NCBI GenBank assembly: GCA_963796275.1
Contig: CAWCKY010000006.1
Span: 832,001 to 896,000 of the forward strand
Source of the DNA: an uncultured Acidobacteriota bacterium
Lineage (GTDB): Bacteria; Acidobacteriota; Blastocatellia; RBC074
DNA length: 64,000 bases
Reading direction: 5' to 3'
This document shows, one piece after another, positions 27,601 through 35,966 of the stretch (positions are counted from its first letter, which is position 1; each line of letters starts with the position of its first letter). The notes under the pieces were generated by a model that saw only the letters and a program-made list of their open reading frames with translations, searched no databases and was not told where the DNA came from. Both the position numbers and the translations under genes were made by a program.

Positions 27601-29509
27601 GCTGCAGCTCGACGACCGCATCGATGAGTTGGCGGAAGAATCGATCGCCGAGATCCAATCGGAGATCGAGCGGGGCACGGAGGACCTGCAGACGCTCACG
27701 GCCGAATTGATCGAGACATCTGCCTGGATGTATCAAATCGGGCGCACGGAATTAAAGCAGAAACAGGCTTTGAATGGTTGGGTGCAAACGATGCGAAGGA
27801 TCGGGAAGGGAACAGGGAAGCGAGTGCCGGAGCTGCTCGCCCAGGCGTGGAGCCTGATGGAAGACTGCCGGTCCGCGGTGCCGGTCTGGGTTATGCCGCT
27901 CGCCCGCGTGGTCGAAAACTTCCGACCATGCCGGGGGCTTTTCGACGTTGTGATCATCGACGAAGCGAGCCAGTGCGATGTCATGGGTCTCATCGCTCTA
28001 TACCTGGGCAAGAAGGTGATCGTCGTGGGCGACGACGAGCAGGTCAGCCCCGACGCCGTCGGCAACACGGTTGAGGCTGCACAAAACCTCATAAATATTT
28101 ATCTTCAGGGAATGCCGAACGCCGAACTATATGACGGCAAGCTTTCGATCTATGACCTGGCGATGCAGTCGTTCGGAGGCACCATCTGCCTGCGCGAGCA
28201 TTTCCGTTGCGTCCCCGAGATCATCGGATTCAGCAACAAACTCTCGTATGACGGGAAGATCAAGCCGCTGCGCGATCTGGCGCACAACCCGCTGTCGCCG
28301 GCCGTCGTCGCTCATCACGTTTGCGACGGGCAATCCGGGGCGAAGATCAACGAGAGTGAAGCGATGACCGTCGCGTCATTGATCGTAGCCGCCATCGAGC
28401 AGCCGGAGTATGAAGACCAGACTTTCGGAGTCATATCTCTGGTCGGCGAGGATCAGGCTGCGGCTATCGAGCGAATATTGCGATCGAAACTCGATCCCGC
28501 CGAGTTCGCCAGACGAAAGATCACGTGCGGAAATGCCGCGCAGTTTCAAGGCGACGAAAGGCACGTGATGTTCCTCTCAGTTGTCGATGGTCCATCTCCC
28601 GAGCCGCTTCGATTGCGTCAGGAGGACCTATTTAAGAAACGCTACAACGTCGCCGCCAGCCGCGCCAAAAACCAGCTCTGGGTCGTCCATTCGTTGTATC
28701 CGGCAATTGACTTGAAGCCGGGAGACCTGAGACGAGAGCTGATCGAATACGCTGAAAATCCCAGCTCTCATGCCGGGTTAGGAGTAAACGGGGGGGCCGG
28801 GGCATACGGGGCACAAGGGGCATCTGGTGCAAATAGGGCAACCGTGTTGTCTACCGAAGCAATTGAACCAAATGATGCAAACGGGGCAAACGGGGCAAAC
28901 GGGGCATACGGGGCAAACGGGGCAAAAAAATCGGCCAGTGTAAGGGGACCACGTACGTCAGCAGGTGAGAAAGACCGGCGACCGGGTCGCGCCACATCAG
29001 AAATTGAGCAGCAGGTCATGCAGTGGCTGATCCGGGAAGGCTATCAGGTTGCACCGCGATGGATGGTCGGAGCATACTGTATCGATATGGTGGTGGGCCG
29101 CGGTGATCGCCGTGTGGCGGTTGAGTGCGATGGAGACCGGCGTTATGCGGTTGAGAAGATTCCGGAGGACATGGAGCGGCAGGCTGTGCTCGAACGGCTC
29201 GGTTGGAGATTCATCCGGATCCGCGGCAGCCAATTCTTCCGCGACCCGCAGACTGTCATGAAGGATGTTCTCGATCAGCTCGCAGCGATCGGAGTCATCC
29301 CGGAATATACCGGAGAAAACCCGGAGGAGGATGATGAAGAACTCTCATCGCGCGTCATCCGCAGGGCTGAACAATTGAGATTGGAATGGAGTGGGCGCGA
29401 TCTTGAGTCAATCGCCGCCCCTCCGGAGGAGCGAGAGGCTGGACCGCCGTGGCAAATTGCGAAACAGCCCGATGAGCCGGTGCTTGACGAATCAGACTTA
29501 GCAGTATGA
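24698..29509 (+). CDS. SF1 (UPF1/DNA2-like, AAA_11/AAA_12) helicase with long helical insert and C-terminal Vsr/DUF559-like nuclease domain
   Basis: VQGPPGTGKT, LVTSHTTKAL, FDVVIIDEASQ, VVGDDEQ, LREHFRC, FQGDER, RYNVAASRAK. C-terminal IDMVV...VAVECDGD...DMERQAVLERLGWRFIRIRGSQF. Confidence 0.9.
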   Translation: MSSTEIGRKRLKQIFQYLEAFNQQRNPVIRQVEEQEWVLWMKSLPVHPTITRHKEGDDSFVLKVSRASLISSPPPPYEIRDWLRSGWEDPFKPEKLIEFKIDKDHQGKEIKIRFEDSPDRVKAYKIWKEERGVWAAQERPARESYKVFERVYALYNRVEREAGRLELVLGDGILSWGLPERGINHPILLKHVQLTFDPQTPEFTFQFTDQPVELYTALLGTDSNVDPKLIAQIRDECERRNFYLSDVRATSEFLKGVVTRLAPGGEFIPEGGGRGESEISNIPNATDVTDVANAPHAPLTPRIAIGPVIIARQRTLGYARAIESILEEIPDLELDEIPLSLLSITGVESPGRISDSACIRLDGGGNEDEEILFNKPANPEQLMIAKRLEHYGCVLVQGPPGTGKTHTIANLIGHLLAKGLSVLVTSHTTKALRVLRDKVDDRVKSLCVSLLDNDTEGQAQMSAAIGDIAERLNDDEAGLELRLSEMWRARAQIIAELRILRTRLYEARASEYRDISLGGRSYPPSQAARMVKEGRGADDWIPRPILSDHGLPLDEGEVDELYRTSRAVPEKFEKYFTSPPLDPGFLMRADEFRALLKEHKSLEAGRGREAEEFWRAEIEASPDVLAELLAKMKAAVEPIVQGLNDPFKLAIINDSRRGGSYRAPWAELIDKILDVLDVAGSCRPLILNQGPQPAANIPHDQQIKALEEIIAHLDGGGSLSKMNLLLHAEWKALISQSRVDGKRPGEVAHFKALHSAVNLELLRTNLINRWDRHLVPLGVPSANDFRPTPEEACNQYVDLIRNLLAWQEDAWHPIEQELREVGFEWEAFLRSVPLNLQPNGDMIRLAEAVRNHLPAIFEARILKMRRSELERRIDEYQAQIRDLPAGENSMELLGELLRALESGDADTYSRISDRIVDLHSRYQTYLRRCELLERLEPHAPGWAKAIRTRSGIHGGDVPPGDAQKAWLWLQLDDRIDELAEESIAEIQSEIERGTEDLQTLTAELIETSAWMYQIGRTELKQKQALNGWVQTMRRIGKGTGKRVPELLAQAWSLMEDCRSAVPVWVMPLARVVENFRPCRGLFDVVIIDEASQCDVMGLIALYLGKKVIVVGDDEQVSPDAVGNTVEAAQNLINIYLQGMPNAELYDGKLSIYDLAMQSFGGTICLREHFRCVPEIIGFSNKLSYDGKIKPLRDLAHNPLSPAVVAHHVCDGQSGAKINESEAMTVASLIVAAIEQPEYEDQTFGVISLVGEDQAAAIERILRSKLDPAEFARRKITCGNAAQFQGDERHVMFLSVVDGPSPEPLRLRQEDLFKKRYNVAASRAKNQLWVVHSLYPAIDLKPGDLRRELIEYAENPSSHAGLGVNGGAGAYGAQGASGANRATVLSTEAIEPNDANGANGANGAYGANGAKKSASVRGPRTSAGEKDRRPGRATSEIEQQVMQWLIREGYQVAPRWMVGAYCIDMVVGRGDRRVAVECDGDRRYAVEKIPEDMERQAVLERLGWRFIRIRGSQFFRDPQTVMKDVLDQLAAIGVIPEYTGENPEEDDEELSSRVIRRAEQLRLEWSGRDLESIAAPPEEREAGPPWQIAKQPDEPVLDESDLAV
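25529..25600 (+). repeat. In-frame degenerate 9-bp tandem array (8 units) within the helicase
   Basis: gaaatttcg aatattcct aatgccacg gatgtcacg gatgtcgcg aatgccccg catgcaccg cttaccccg. Confidence 0.7.
28781..28927 (+). repeat. In-frame 9-bp tandem array (ggggcaaac-type, Gly-Ala-Asn/Tyr) in the helicase-nuclease linker
   Basis: ggggcatac ggggcacaa ggggcatct ggtgcaaat ... ggggcaaac ggggcaaac ggggcatac ggggcaaac ggggcaaaa. Confidence 0.9.
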
Positions 29510-30405
29510 TCAAGGTTTTATTGCAAACGACGATTCATTCGATAGAAGATGATTGGAACATCGAACGTTATTCGCTTCTGCGCGACTACCTCGCTTCTCT
29601 TGAAGATGAAGGCGGTTCGCCGATTTTCGCGGTCACTCAAAGGGACCTTTATCCGGACGCGCGCGGCCATGATCCAGTGCTGAGCATGCTGGCAGAGTCC
29701 GACTTCGATGAAATCTGGCTTTTTGCCGCTGATGTGGGCGACGGATTGAGCGGAGGGGACTGCGCCGGCATCAGCGCATTCCGCCGACGTGGAGGCGGCA
29801 TCCTGGCGACGCGCGATCATCAGGATGCTGGCGCATCGATATGTACGCTGGCCGGACTCGGCGCGGCACACTATTTCCACTCGCGCAATCTCGATCCGGA
29901 CGCATCGCGCAACTGCGTGGACGATACCGAGACTAAGACTATCTCGTGGCCGAATTATCATTCCGGGCGGAATGGCGATTATCAGCGAGTGATCGCGGCT
30001 GATCCGGTTAATGAACTACTGCGCCGCCCCAACTCACCGGGGGAGCATATCGAATATTTCCCTGCGCATCCGCACGAGGGAGGCATCGGCGTCCCGCCAA
30101 CCGAACCTGAGGCGCGCGTCATTGCGAAAGGCAAAAGCACGATAACGGGGCGGTCTTTCAATCTGATCGTGGCGTTCGAGTCAGGCTTGGGAAAGGATGG
30201 CAGACCGATAGGCCGTGCCCTCGCCCATTCGAGCTTTCATCACTTCACCGATTACAACTGGGACATCGAAAAAGGCTGTCCCAGCTTCGTGGAAGAAGAG
30301 CCGGGAGATGGAATGAAGCAGGAACCGCGGGCTCGGGCGGATATCCGTGATTACGTTCGTAATGCTGCACTCTGGCTCTCAGGAAAGCAGAGAGATAACG
30401 AGTAG
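29506..30405 (+). CDS. Conserved hypothetical protein, possibly class I glutamine-amidotransferase-like fold
   Basis: Start overlaps the helicase stop (ATGA 29506-29509). FDEIWLF...LSGGDCAGISAFRRRGGGILATRDH pattern. His-rich motifs HYFH, PAHPHEG and SSFHHF. Confidence 0.8.
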   Translation: MIKVLLQTTIHSIEDDWNIERYSLLRDYLASLEDEGGSPIFAVTQRDLYPDARGHDPVLSMLAESDFDEIWLFAADVGDGLSGGDCAGISAFRRRGGGILATRDHQDAGASICTLAGLGAAHYFHSRNLDPDASRNCVDDTETKTISWPNYHSGRNGDYQRVIAADPVNELLRRPNSPGEHIEYFPAHPHEGGIGVPPTEPEARVIAKGKSTITGRSFNLIVAFESGLGKDGRPIGRALAHSSFHHFTDYNWDIEKGCPSFVEEEPGDGMKQEPRARADIRDYVRNAALWLSGKQRDNE

Positions 30406-30430
30406 ATTTACCACAGTTATATGTGATGCA

Positions 30431-30673
30431 TCACATCAGGAACTTTGCCGCCTGCTGTTCCATTTCTTCAGACGTGCCCGCGCGTTTCGCGGCTTCGGCC
30501 AGTACCTCCTGACGGACTTTCACCATCATCTCCGAGATCGCCAAGAATTGCGGAATATTAAATGTCATTACCATATTGGCGAACTCGAAATGGATATGGT
30601 CATGCCCGCATTTGAAGCAGTTCGCGTGAATCTGTAATCCCTGCATTGGCCCGTTGTGCTCGTGCATTCCCAA
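30431..30673 (-). CDS. Small hypothetical protein with H-x2-C-x2-C-x-H-x-H-x-H cluster
   Basis: IHANCFKCGHDHIHF followed by a helical tail. AAAGGA RBS upstream. Same strand and downstream of the TBDR fragment. Confidence 0.55.
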   Translation of the reverse strand: MGMHEHNGPMQGLQIHANCFKCGHDHIHFEFANMVMTFNIPQFLAISEMMVKVRQEVLAEAAKRAGTSEEMEQQAAKFLM

Positions 30674-30699
30674 ATTTTCCTTTCTATACTAACCACTAA

Positions 30700-30783
30700 C
30701 ATAACTGCTAACTGCTAACTACCAACTACCAACTACCAACTACCAATTACAAATTGTCAATTATCAATTATCAATTATCAATT
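30700..30783. repeat. Heptamer tandem array, 12 units with progressive sequence drift
   Basis: cataact gctaact gctaact accaact accaact accaact accaatt acaaatt gtcaatt atcaatt atcaatt atcaatt. Confidence 0.9.
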
Positions 30784-30784
30784 T

Positions 30785-31515
30785 TTACTTCCTCTCCTGT
30801 GCCCAGGTAAACCGCAGTCCCACGCGGAAGGTGCGCCCGTACTCGGCGCGATAGATTGGCTGCGGGAGTCCGGTCATTGCGTCAAGCGCGCCCGTATTCG
30901 GGTCTTTGCTGTTGGTGAAGTTGTCCACCGTGCCGAAGATTCCGATGCCGCGATACATTTGCTTCGCCGCATAAATGTCCCACAGGGCGAATCCCGGCGA
31001 AATACATCGGGAGCGGTGGCGGTTGCGAGCGCGTTGATCCATCTACTGTAAAAGGTGCCGCGCAGGTTGGCGCGCAGACCCGTTCGGGCATTGCTCTCCC
31101 AGGCGAGCCGGATATTTCCGTGATGTTTGTGGCGATTGATTAAGGGCACACTCGCCGCCCGGTCGCGGGCATAGAGGTAAGTATATGCGCCTCCGAATGA
31201 GAAGCCTCGGGGCAGCGATAGATCGCCGTCGAATTCGACCCCTTGCGTCAGGGCTTGCGCGATGTTTTTGTATAAGAAGAGTAGTCTTCCTAGGGTGGGC
31301 CTGAAGAGCGCGAGGTCGATATCCTCACGCTCGGCTGTGTTTCGGAGTTGCTGCGGCGAGGCGACGAAACCCAGGCTTTGCGACTCGATCAGGTTCTCAA
31401 CATCGTTGCGGAATAGGTTGATCGCGAAACGCGTGCGGCGGTTGCGCGCCGTAAACTCGCTGCCGATCTGGACAGAGTTAGCGTACTCGGGGTTGAGATT
31501 CGGATTGCCGTTAAA
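30785..31515 (-). pseudogene. C-terminal barrel fragment of a TonB-dependent receptor (BtuB/FepA-like), 5' part missing, frameshift near 31005
   Basis: NGNPNLNPEYANSVQIG...NLFRNDVENLI...YKNIAQALTQGVE...YTYL.ARD / PGFALWD...DNFTN...GRTFRVGLRFTW. Homology stops abruptly near 31515. Confidence 0.85.
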
Positions 31516-31723
31516 GGGGCGGGTAGTGTCGACGGAGACGAGAGCGGATCAGAGACTCCTACGGCATCAGTGGGAAACTGGTGCAATTATTTCTCAAGCC
31601 AGGTGGGGCGATTGGCTTCTTGCCGATGAATTATCACGGTCAGCGAGGGATCCATCGAGTCGGTGATCCTTGCACAAATTAATTGATATATACGTAATAT
31701 TGCCGTTTTGAAAAGGAGCATAA

Positions 31724-31798
31724 ATGTATTGTCATAAATGCGCTGCGCCAAACCAGGATCAGACGAAATTTTGCTGCAATTGCGGCATCGATCGATGA
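31724..31798 (+). pseudogene. Zinc-ribbon N-terminal remnant (24 codons)
   Basis: AAGGAG RBS, then MYCHKCAAPNQDQTKFCCNCGIDR* (MxCxxC-x9-FCxxCG zinc-ribbon motif). Confidence 0.55.
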
Positions 31799-31904
31799 TG
31801 TTAAGACTGTTGCCAAGGTTTAAATAGGCGCCGAGATAAATAAAAAACTAGCTCACAACGGTCGAAATGTGAGCCAGACATCCAATAACCGAGGGAGAAT
31901 AAGG

Positions 31905-32423
31905 ATGGATCTTCTGATTCGTGAAGCTCAACCCGACGATGCTGAGGCGATAGTCAGTATCTTTAACCCGATTATTGACGCCGGAATCTATACGGCATTT
32001 GATACGCCTTTCACGGTAGAGGCAGAGCGAGAGTATATTTTGAATTTTCCTCGAGCTGGAATTTTCCACGTTGCAGAACGCCGCCACGATCGGAAAATGG
32101 TTGGATTTCAGAGTATGGAACCGTTCGCCACTTATACACACGCGTTTGATCACGTGGGGGTCCTCGGGACATACGTAGACCTCGCATGTCGGCGACAGGG
32201 TATCGCCTCATATCTCTTCGAAGCTACTTTTGCCGCGGCCATCCGCAAGGGATACGAAAAGATATTTACTTTTGTGCGTGCGGATAATTCGCCGGCTTTG
32301 TCCACTTATCTCAATCAGGGATTTCAGATCGTGGGGAGAGCGAAAAGACAGGCTAAAATAAAGGGAAATTATGTGGACGAGATCATTATCGAAAAGTTTC
32401 TTAACATTATGCTAGAGGAGTAA
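31905..32423 (+). CDS. GNAT N-acetyltransferase (phosphinothricin/YncA-like)
   Basis: IREAQPDDAEAIVSIFN, YVDLACRRQGIAS, RADNSPAL..Y...GF..VG. Confidence 0.9.
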   Translation: MDLLIREAQPDDAEAIVSIFNPIIDAGIYTAFDTPFTVEAEREYILNFPRAGIFHVAERRHDRKMVGFQSMEPFATYTHAFDHVGVLGTYVDLACRRQGIASYLFEATFAAAIRKGYEKIFTFVRADNSPALSTYLNQGFQIVGRAKRQAKIKGNYVDEIIIEKFLNIMLEE

Positions 32424-32477
32424 TTCCTATGCGTTATGTCACGGAAGAGCGGCTTTTGTCGTGGGGAGATGATTTCT
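32401..32477 (+). repeat. Diverged direct-repeat copy of the RBS and first 16 codons of the LURP-one gene (other copy ~35268-35345)
   Basis: ggagtaattcctatgcgttatgtcacggaagagcggcttttgtcgtggggagatgatttct versus ggagtaaatcctatgcgttatgtcatgaaagagcgtcttttgtcgtggggagatgatttct. Confidence 0.85.
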
Positions 32478-32627
32478 GTGTTGCCACTGGATCCGTTAGT
32501 TTGTCTCCGCCGCAAATTCATCTGGTACCCAGGCTAGTTGCGCTGAGATCGCGCCAGGGGCGTTTAACACTCATGGCAAGAAGCGGCTGAAAGTCGCACG
32601 ATTGACATATTCAGTAGGTAATTCGGC

Positions 32628-32676
32628 GGTGGGCCAAATCGGGGTGCCGAAATGGGTCGAACCAAAATGCCAACTC
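32628..32676. mobile_element. Probable IS21-family terminal remnant
   Basis: Two tandem 23-bp units, gtgggccaaatcggggtgccgaa and atgggtcgaaccaaaatgccaac, resembling the multiple end repeats of IS21-family elements. No istA/istB seen. Confidence 0.5.
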
Positions 32677-32841
32677 CGTTACCGTTAGTCTTCCAGTGTC
32701 AGAGGCTCTTTGAGTTGCCACCTGGCGGCGTTCATAATGGCTCAAACCCCAGCACCACATTACAAACCCCATCAATATGAACAAGCTCGCTCCATCATCT
32801 GTTGAAGCGAACTTGTTCAGACTGAACAGCTTTGGGATCGC

Positions 32842-34087
32842 TTACTTCTCGCGACGCAACACATTAAAGGCAGCCTGAGCCATCGCCTCGTAACCATCAT
32901 CATTTGGATGAATATTATCACCGCTATTGAAAGCTGGTAGAAGAGCCGCTGGGTTATTTGGATCACCCACAGCAGCATCGAAATCAATCACCGCATCATA
33001 TGCGCCGCCGGTACGGATCCAGGAATTAACCGCCTGTCGACCCGCCTCGATGGCCCCTGTCCTCGATACGGGGGTGAGGGTGCCACCGTAGACCTTAAGG
33101 CCCCGCGCACGCGCTCGAAGGATGAGCTGTTGATGCCCTGCAATTACCTGGTCAGCAACCGACCCAAAAAACAGATCATTGAGGCCAATAAGCAGAATGA
33201 CGTGCGAGACGCCAGGCTGAGAGAGCACATCACGGTCGAACCGCGCCTGGACGCTCTGACCAGAGGCAAAACTATTGGCAAGCAATCGGTTGCCAGCTAT
33301 GCCGTGGTTGAGTACGCCCGTCCTCAATCGTCCATGTGATTCAGCAAACAAACGCGCAAGTTGGTCCGGATAACGGGTGTTGGCGTCCTGCGTGGCTCCT
33401 ATGCTATCAGTAATCGAATCGCCAATGGCTATGACGACTCCCGTATCCTCCACCGACTGGACCTCCACGCCCTTCAAAAAGAAGTAGCTTGGCGCGGTAG
33501 ACACTATCGGCAGCACGGTCGCTCCCACGTAATTCCCCGCCGGCGAAATATATGTTGTCCGAAGGCCGACACGGTGCCAGGTAACAGGCCCTGTGCTTCC
33601 AGGCAAGTAGATATCGATAGCAAGCTCGCTCGTTTCCGGAACCCCCAACTGCACAGGATCACTCACGACGTACGCATTAGGGACGATAGTGACCGATGGC
33701 TGCCCTCCGAACGTCAGTGCTCGCCCAGATACCTGCCTGTATCGAACCGCCAGGAGCAGCTATGGCAACCTGCGCGGCGCCTATGTTAAGAGGGCTGGCA
33801 CTAAACTCATTAGTAAACCGCACTCGCACGGCGCGACCGCCGAGGCTGGTAAACACGATTTGCCGTAACGTCTGGTTGGTAAAACCCGCCAGCGCTATTG
33901 GGACTCCCTCAGGGGCCTGCGGACTTGCAGCCCAACTGCCGATCCACGATCGGCCCTTATGCTGACGCCAATCATCTCCGGTCGTACGTGCTGAGGGCGC
34001 ATACGCTACGACGATAAGCGCAACTGCCGGCAGGATGCCTTTGAAAACGCGCAGAAAAAGTGATGGCAAGCATTTCGCGAATGTCAT
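32842..34087 (-). CDS. Secreted SGNH/GDSL hydrolase (esterase), frameshift near 33730
   Basis: ATG 34087 with AAGGAG RBS. WIGSWAASPQ, QTLRQIV, GDSITD, GIAGN, GLND and DNIHP motifs. Removing one base joins the two ORFs (AGSGRALTFGGQPSVTI). Confidence 0.88.
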
Positions 34088-34151
34088 ATCTATCTCTCCT
34101 TTAAGGTGATGCAAGGCGTTAGTTGGACTCCTGATACTACCTGAGGAATTG

Positions 34152-34271
34152 TTGCTTGGCGGTCAGACAGCACAAGTAACTGGACAGATCGGCGACCCGG
34201 AGAGTGCGGTCGTACCGGGTACCGAAGTTATTGCGACTACAGTAATCAGAAAGCGGGATTGCAGCGCATAA
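34152..34271 (+). pseudogene. Remnant of a TBDR N-terminal carboxypeptidase-regulatory-like domain
   Basis: GQTAQVTGQIGDPESAVVPGTEVIAT resembles QTGRIVGTVTDSQKAVLPNASVTVT of 56395..59673. Confidence 0.45.
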
Positions 34272-34604
34272 GAAAAGGTATTAGGTCAAAAATGGAATGT
34301 CAATTCCAAAATGTCTACGGATCGCAGGCCCACACAATACCATACCTTAGTCAGATTGTTGGCCACGCTCAGTCCTGAAACTAAGATTTACCCGCCACAG
34401 CATTCACAATGGCCAGTTTGCTCCGCTGTTCGGCAGGGTGTGGACTTCATCGCTCAGTATATTCACTTGGTCAAGGAACTCGCCCTATTTTCTCATCAGA
34501 GATTTCCGTGCTCCCAGCAAAAAAATAGCATCAGTCAGATCTTTGAGGCCAGCGGCTACCGCCGCTGCAGTTACTGGCGCCCACCCCCCAGCCGGTCGAA
34601 CTCG

Positions 34605-35160
34605 ATGAAAGTTGCCAAAGCGAATGTTTGGGATCGCTGATAGCACGCAGATCGAAAAGCCTTACCCGAAAAGATCGTATCGCTCGGCCTATTTCACCGT
34701 TCCAAGCGGGTGGTTGGGTGCGCCCAGCATCGCATGTGGACGCTCACTGAGAAGTGAAAGAATTTGAACGCGAATCCGGCCTCTTAGAGGCTCATCATCA
34801 TCGCCGCAGGCGCGTCCTCTTCATCCCAAATTTTATTAGCATCGTCGATCGAGGCGGAAATGAAGAACCCCGGTTGTTAATAACAACCGGGGTCTTCTTC
34901 TGACTCCCGCGTTAGCAGGAGCCGTGTGTCCTCATTCTCCCACTTCTACTCCCCACTGTCCACCCTCACTTAAACGATCGATGCTTTTCCGGCAATACTT
35001 TTGCCGGGCTCCAGGGACGTTTGAGCGCCCCGTTCCGTGCGGCTTCACTGACTTGCAAACCGGTGATGAGCAGAATAAAAGTTCAAAGACCTCGATCCGC
35101 ATCACCGGGCGAAAGATATCAAGCATTGGATGAACTCTGATGGTAGGATATTAACTCGTT
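34605..35160. mobile_element. Possible degraded DDE transposase (IS701/IS4-like) relics on both strands
   Basis: + strand FGIADSTQIEKPY / EKIVSLGLFH near 34620-34700. - strand NILPSEFIQCLISFA / VMRIEVFE / FILLITGL near 35160-35060. Heavily frameshifted; resemblance by eye only. Confidence 0.3.
34867..34893. repeat. Near-perfect palindrome (13-bp arms, 1-nt spacer)
   Basis: accccggttgtta-a-taacaaccggggt, extended by flanking gaag/cttc. Confidence 0.8.
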
Positions 35161-35296
35161 CTCTTGTTTAAGGTTTTAGTCATAAAAATATTGAACAACT
35201 TTGCGAGGAGCGTCACTCAACTTGCATTTCCTACCATTTTTCAGAGATCAAAACCGTAAACTACAGTTAAACATCAAGATAGGGGGAGTAAATCCT

Positions 35297-35785
35297 ATGC
35301 GTTATGTCATGAAAGAGCGTCTTTTGTCGTGGGGAGATGATTTCTACATTAAAGATGAAAATGACTGCGATCTCTTTTTTGTAGACGGCAAGGCATTTAG
35401 CTTTGGCAATCAGCTTTCATTTCAGGACTTAGACGGTAACGAACTGGCATATATTAAACAGAAGCTCCTGTCCTGGGGGCCAACCTACGAAATTTATCGG
35501 AGCGGCGATCTGTGTGCCGTCGTGAAGAAGGACCTCTTTGCATTCTTTCGGCACGTGTTCACAGTGGACGTGCCGGGTCCGGATGACCTCACTGCGGAGG
35601 GAGACTTCTGGGATCACGAATATACTTTCAGCCGCTCCGAACGGGTCGTGGCGCAGGTCTCGAAGAAATGGCTTGCCTGGAGTGATACCTATGGGATCGA
35701 GATTTCAGATGATATCGATGCCATCCTGGTGCTGACTAGCGCAGTCGTCATCGATCAGGTGTGCCATGACAAGAAGGACGATTAA
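35297..35785 (+). CDS. LURP-one-related (tubby C-terminal-like) protein
   Basis: MRYVMKERLLSWGDDFYIKDE...FFVDGKAFSFG...IKQKLLSWGPTYEI...GDFWDHEY...VSKKWLAWSDTYG. GGAG RBS. Confidence 0.9.
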   Translation: MRYVMKERLLSWGDDFYIKDENDCDLFFVDGKAFSFGNQLSFQDLDGNELAYIKQKLLSWGPTYEIYRSGDLCAVVKKDLFAFFRHVFTVDVPGPDDLTAEGDFWDHEYTFSRSERVVAQVSKKWLAWSDTYGIEISDDIDAILVLTSAVVIDQVCHDKKDD

Positions 35786-35842
35786 CTGAAACTCATTATC
35801 CCGATAGCGAATACAATTTACATGCAAAATTTTTGAATTCAT

Positions 35843-35879
35843 CCGGAAGACCTGTTAATATGTCTTCCGGTTAAGACAT
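35843..35879. promoter_or_regulatory. Overlapping inverted repeats upstream of the GntR gene (candidate operator)
   Basis: ccggaagac-N10-gtcttccgg and atgtctt-ccggtt-aagacat. Confidence 0.45.
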
Positions 35880-35966
35880 TCCATTTTCTATCGATGGAGT
35901 ATTCGATAGAACTAGCCCCGTAAAATTCGGACAAGCTTAATTCGCAAGAATTTATAGAGCGAACAG

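Noticed and set aside
31516-31545. ggggcgggtagtgtcgacgg resembling a tmRNA 5' end at the receptor breakpoint
   Set aside because: The match is loose, and no tag ORF or T-arm/CCA 3' end was found downstream.
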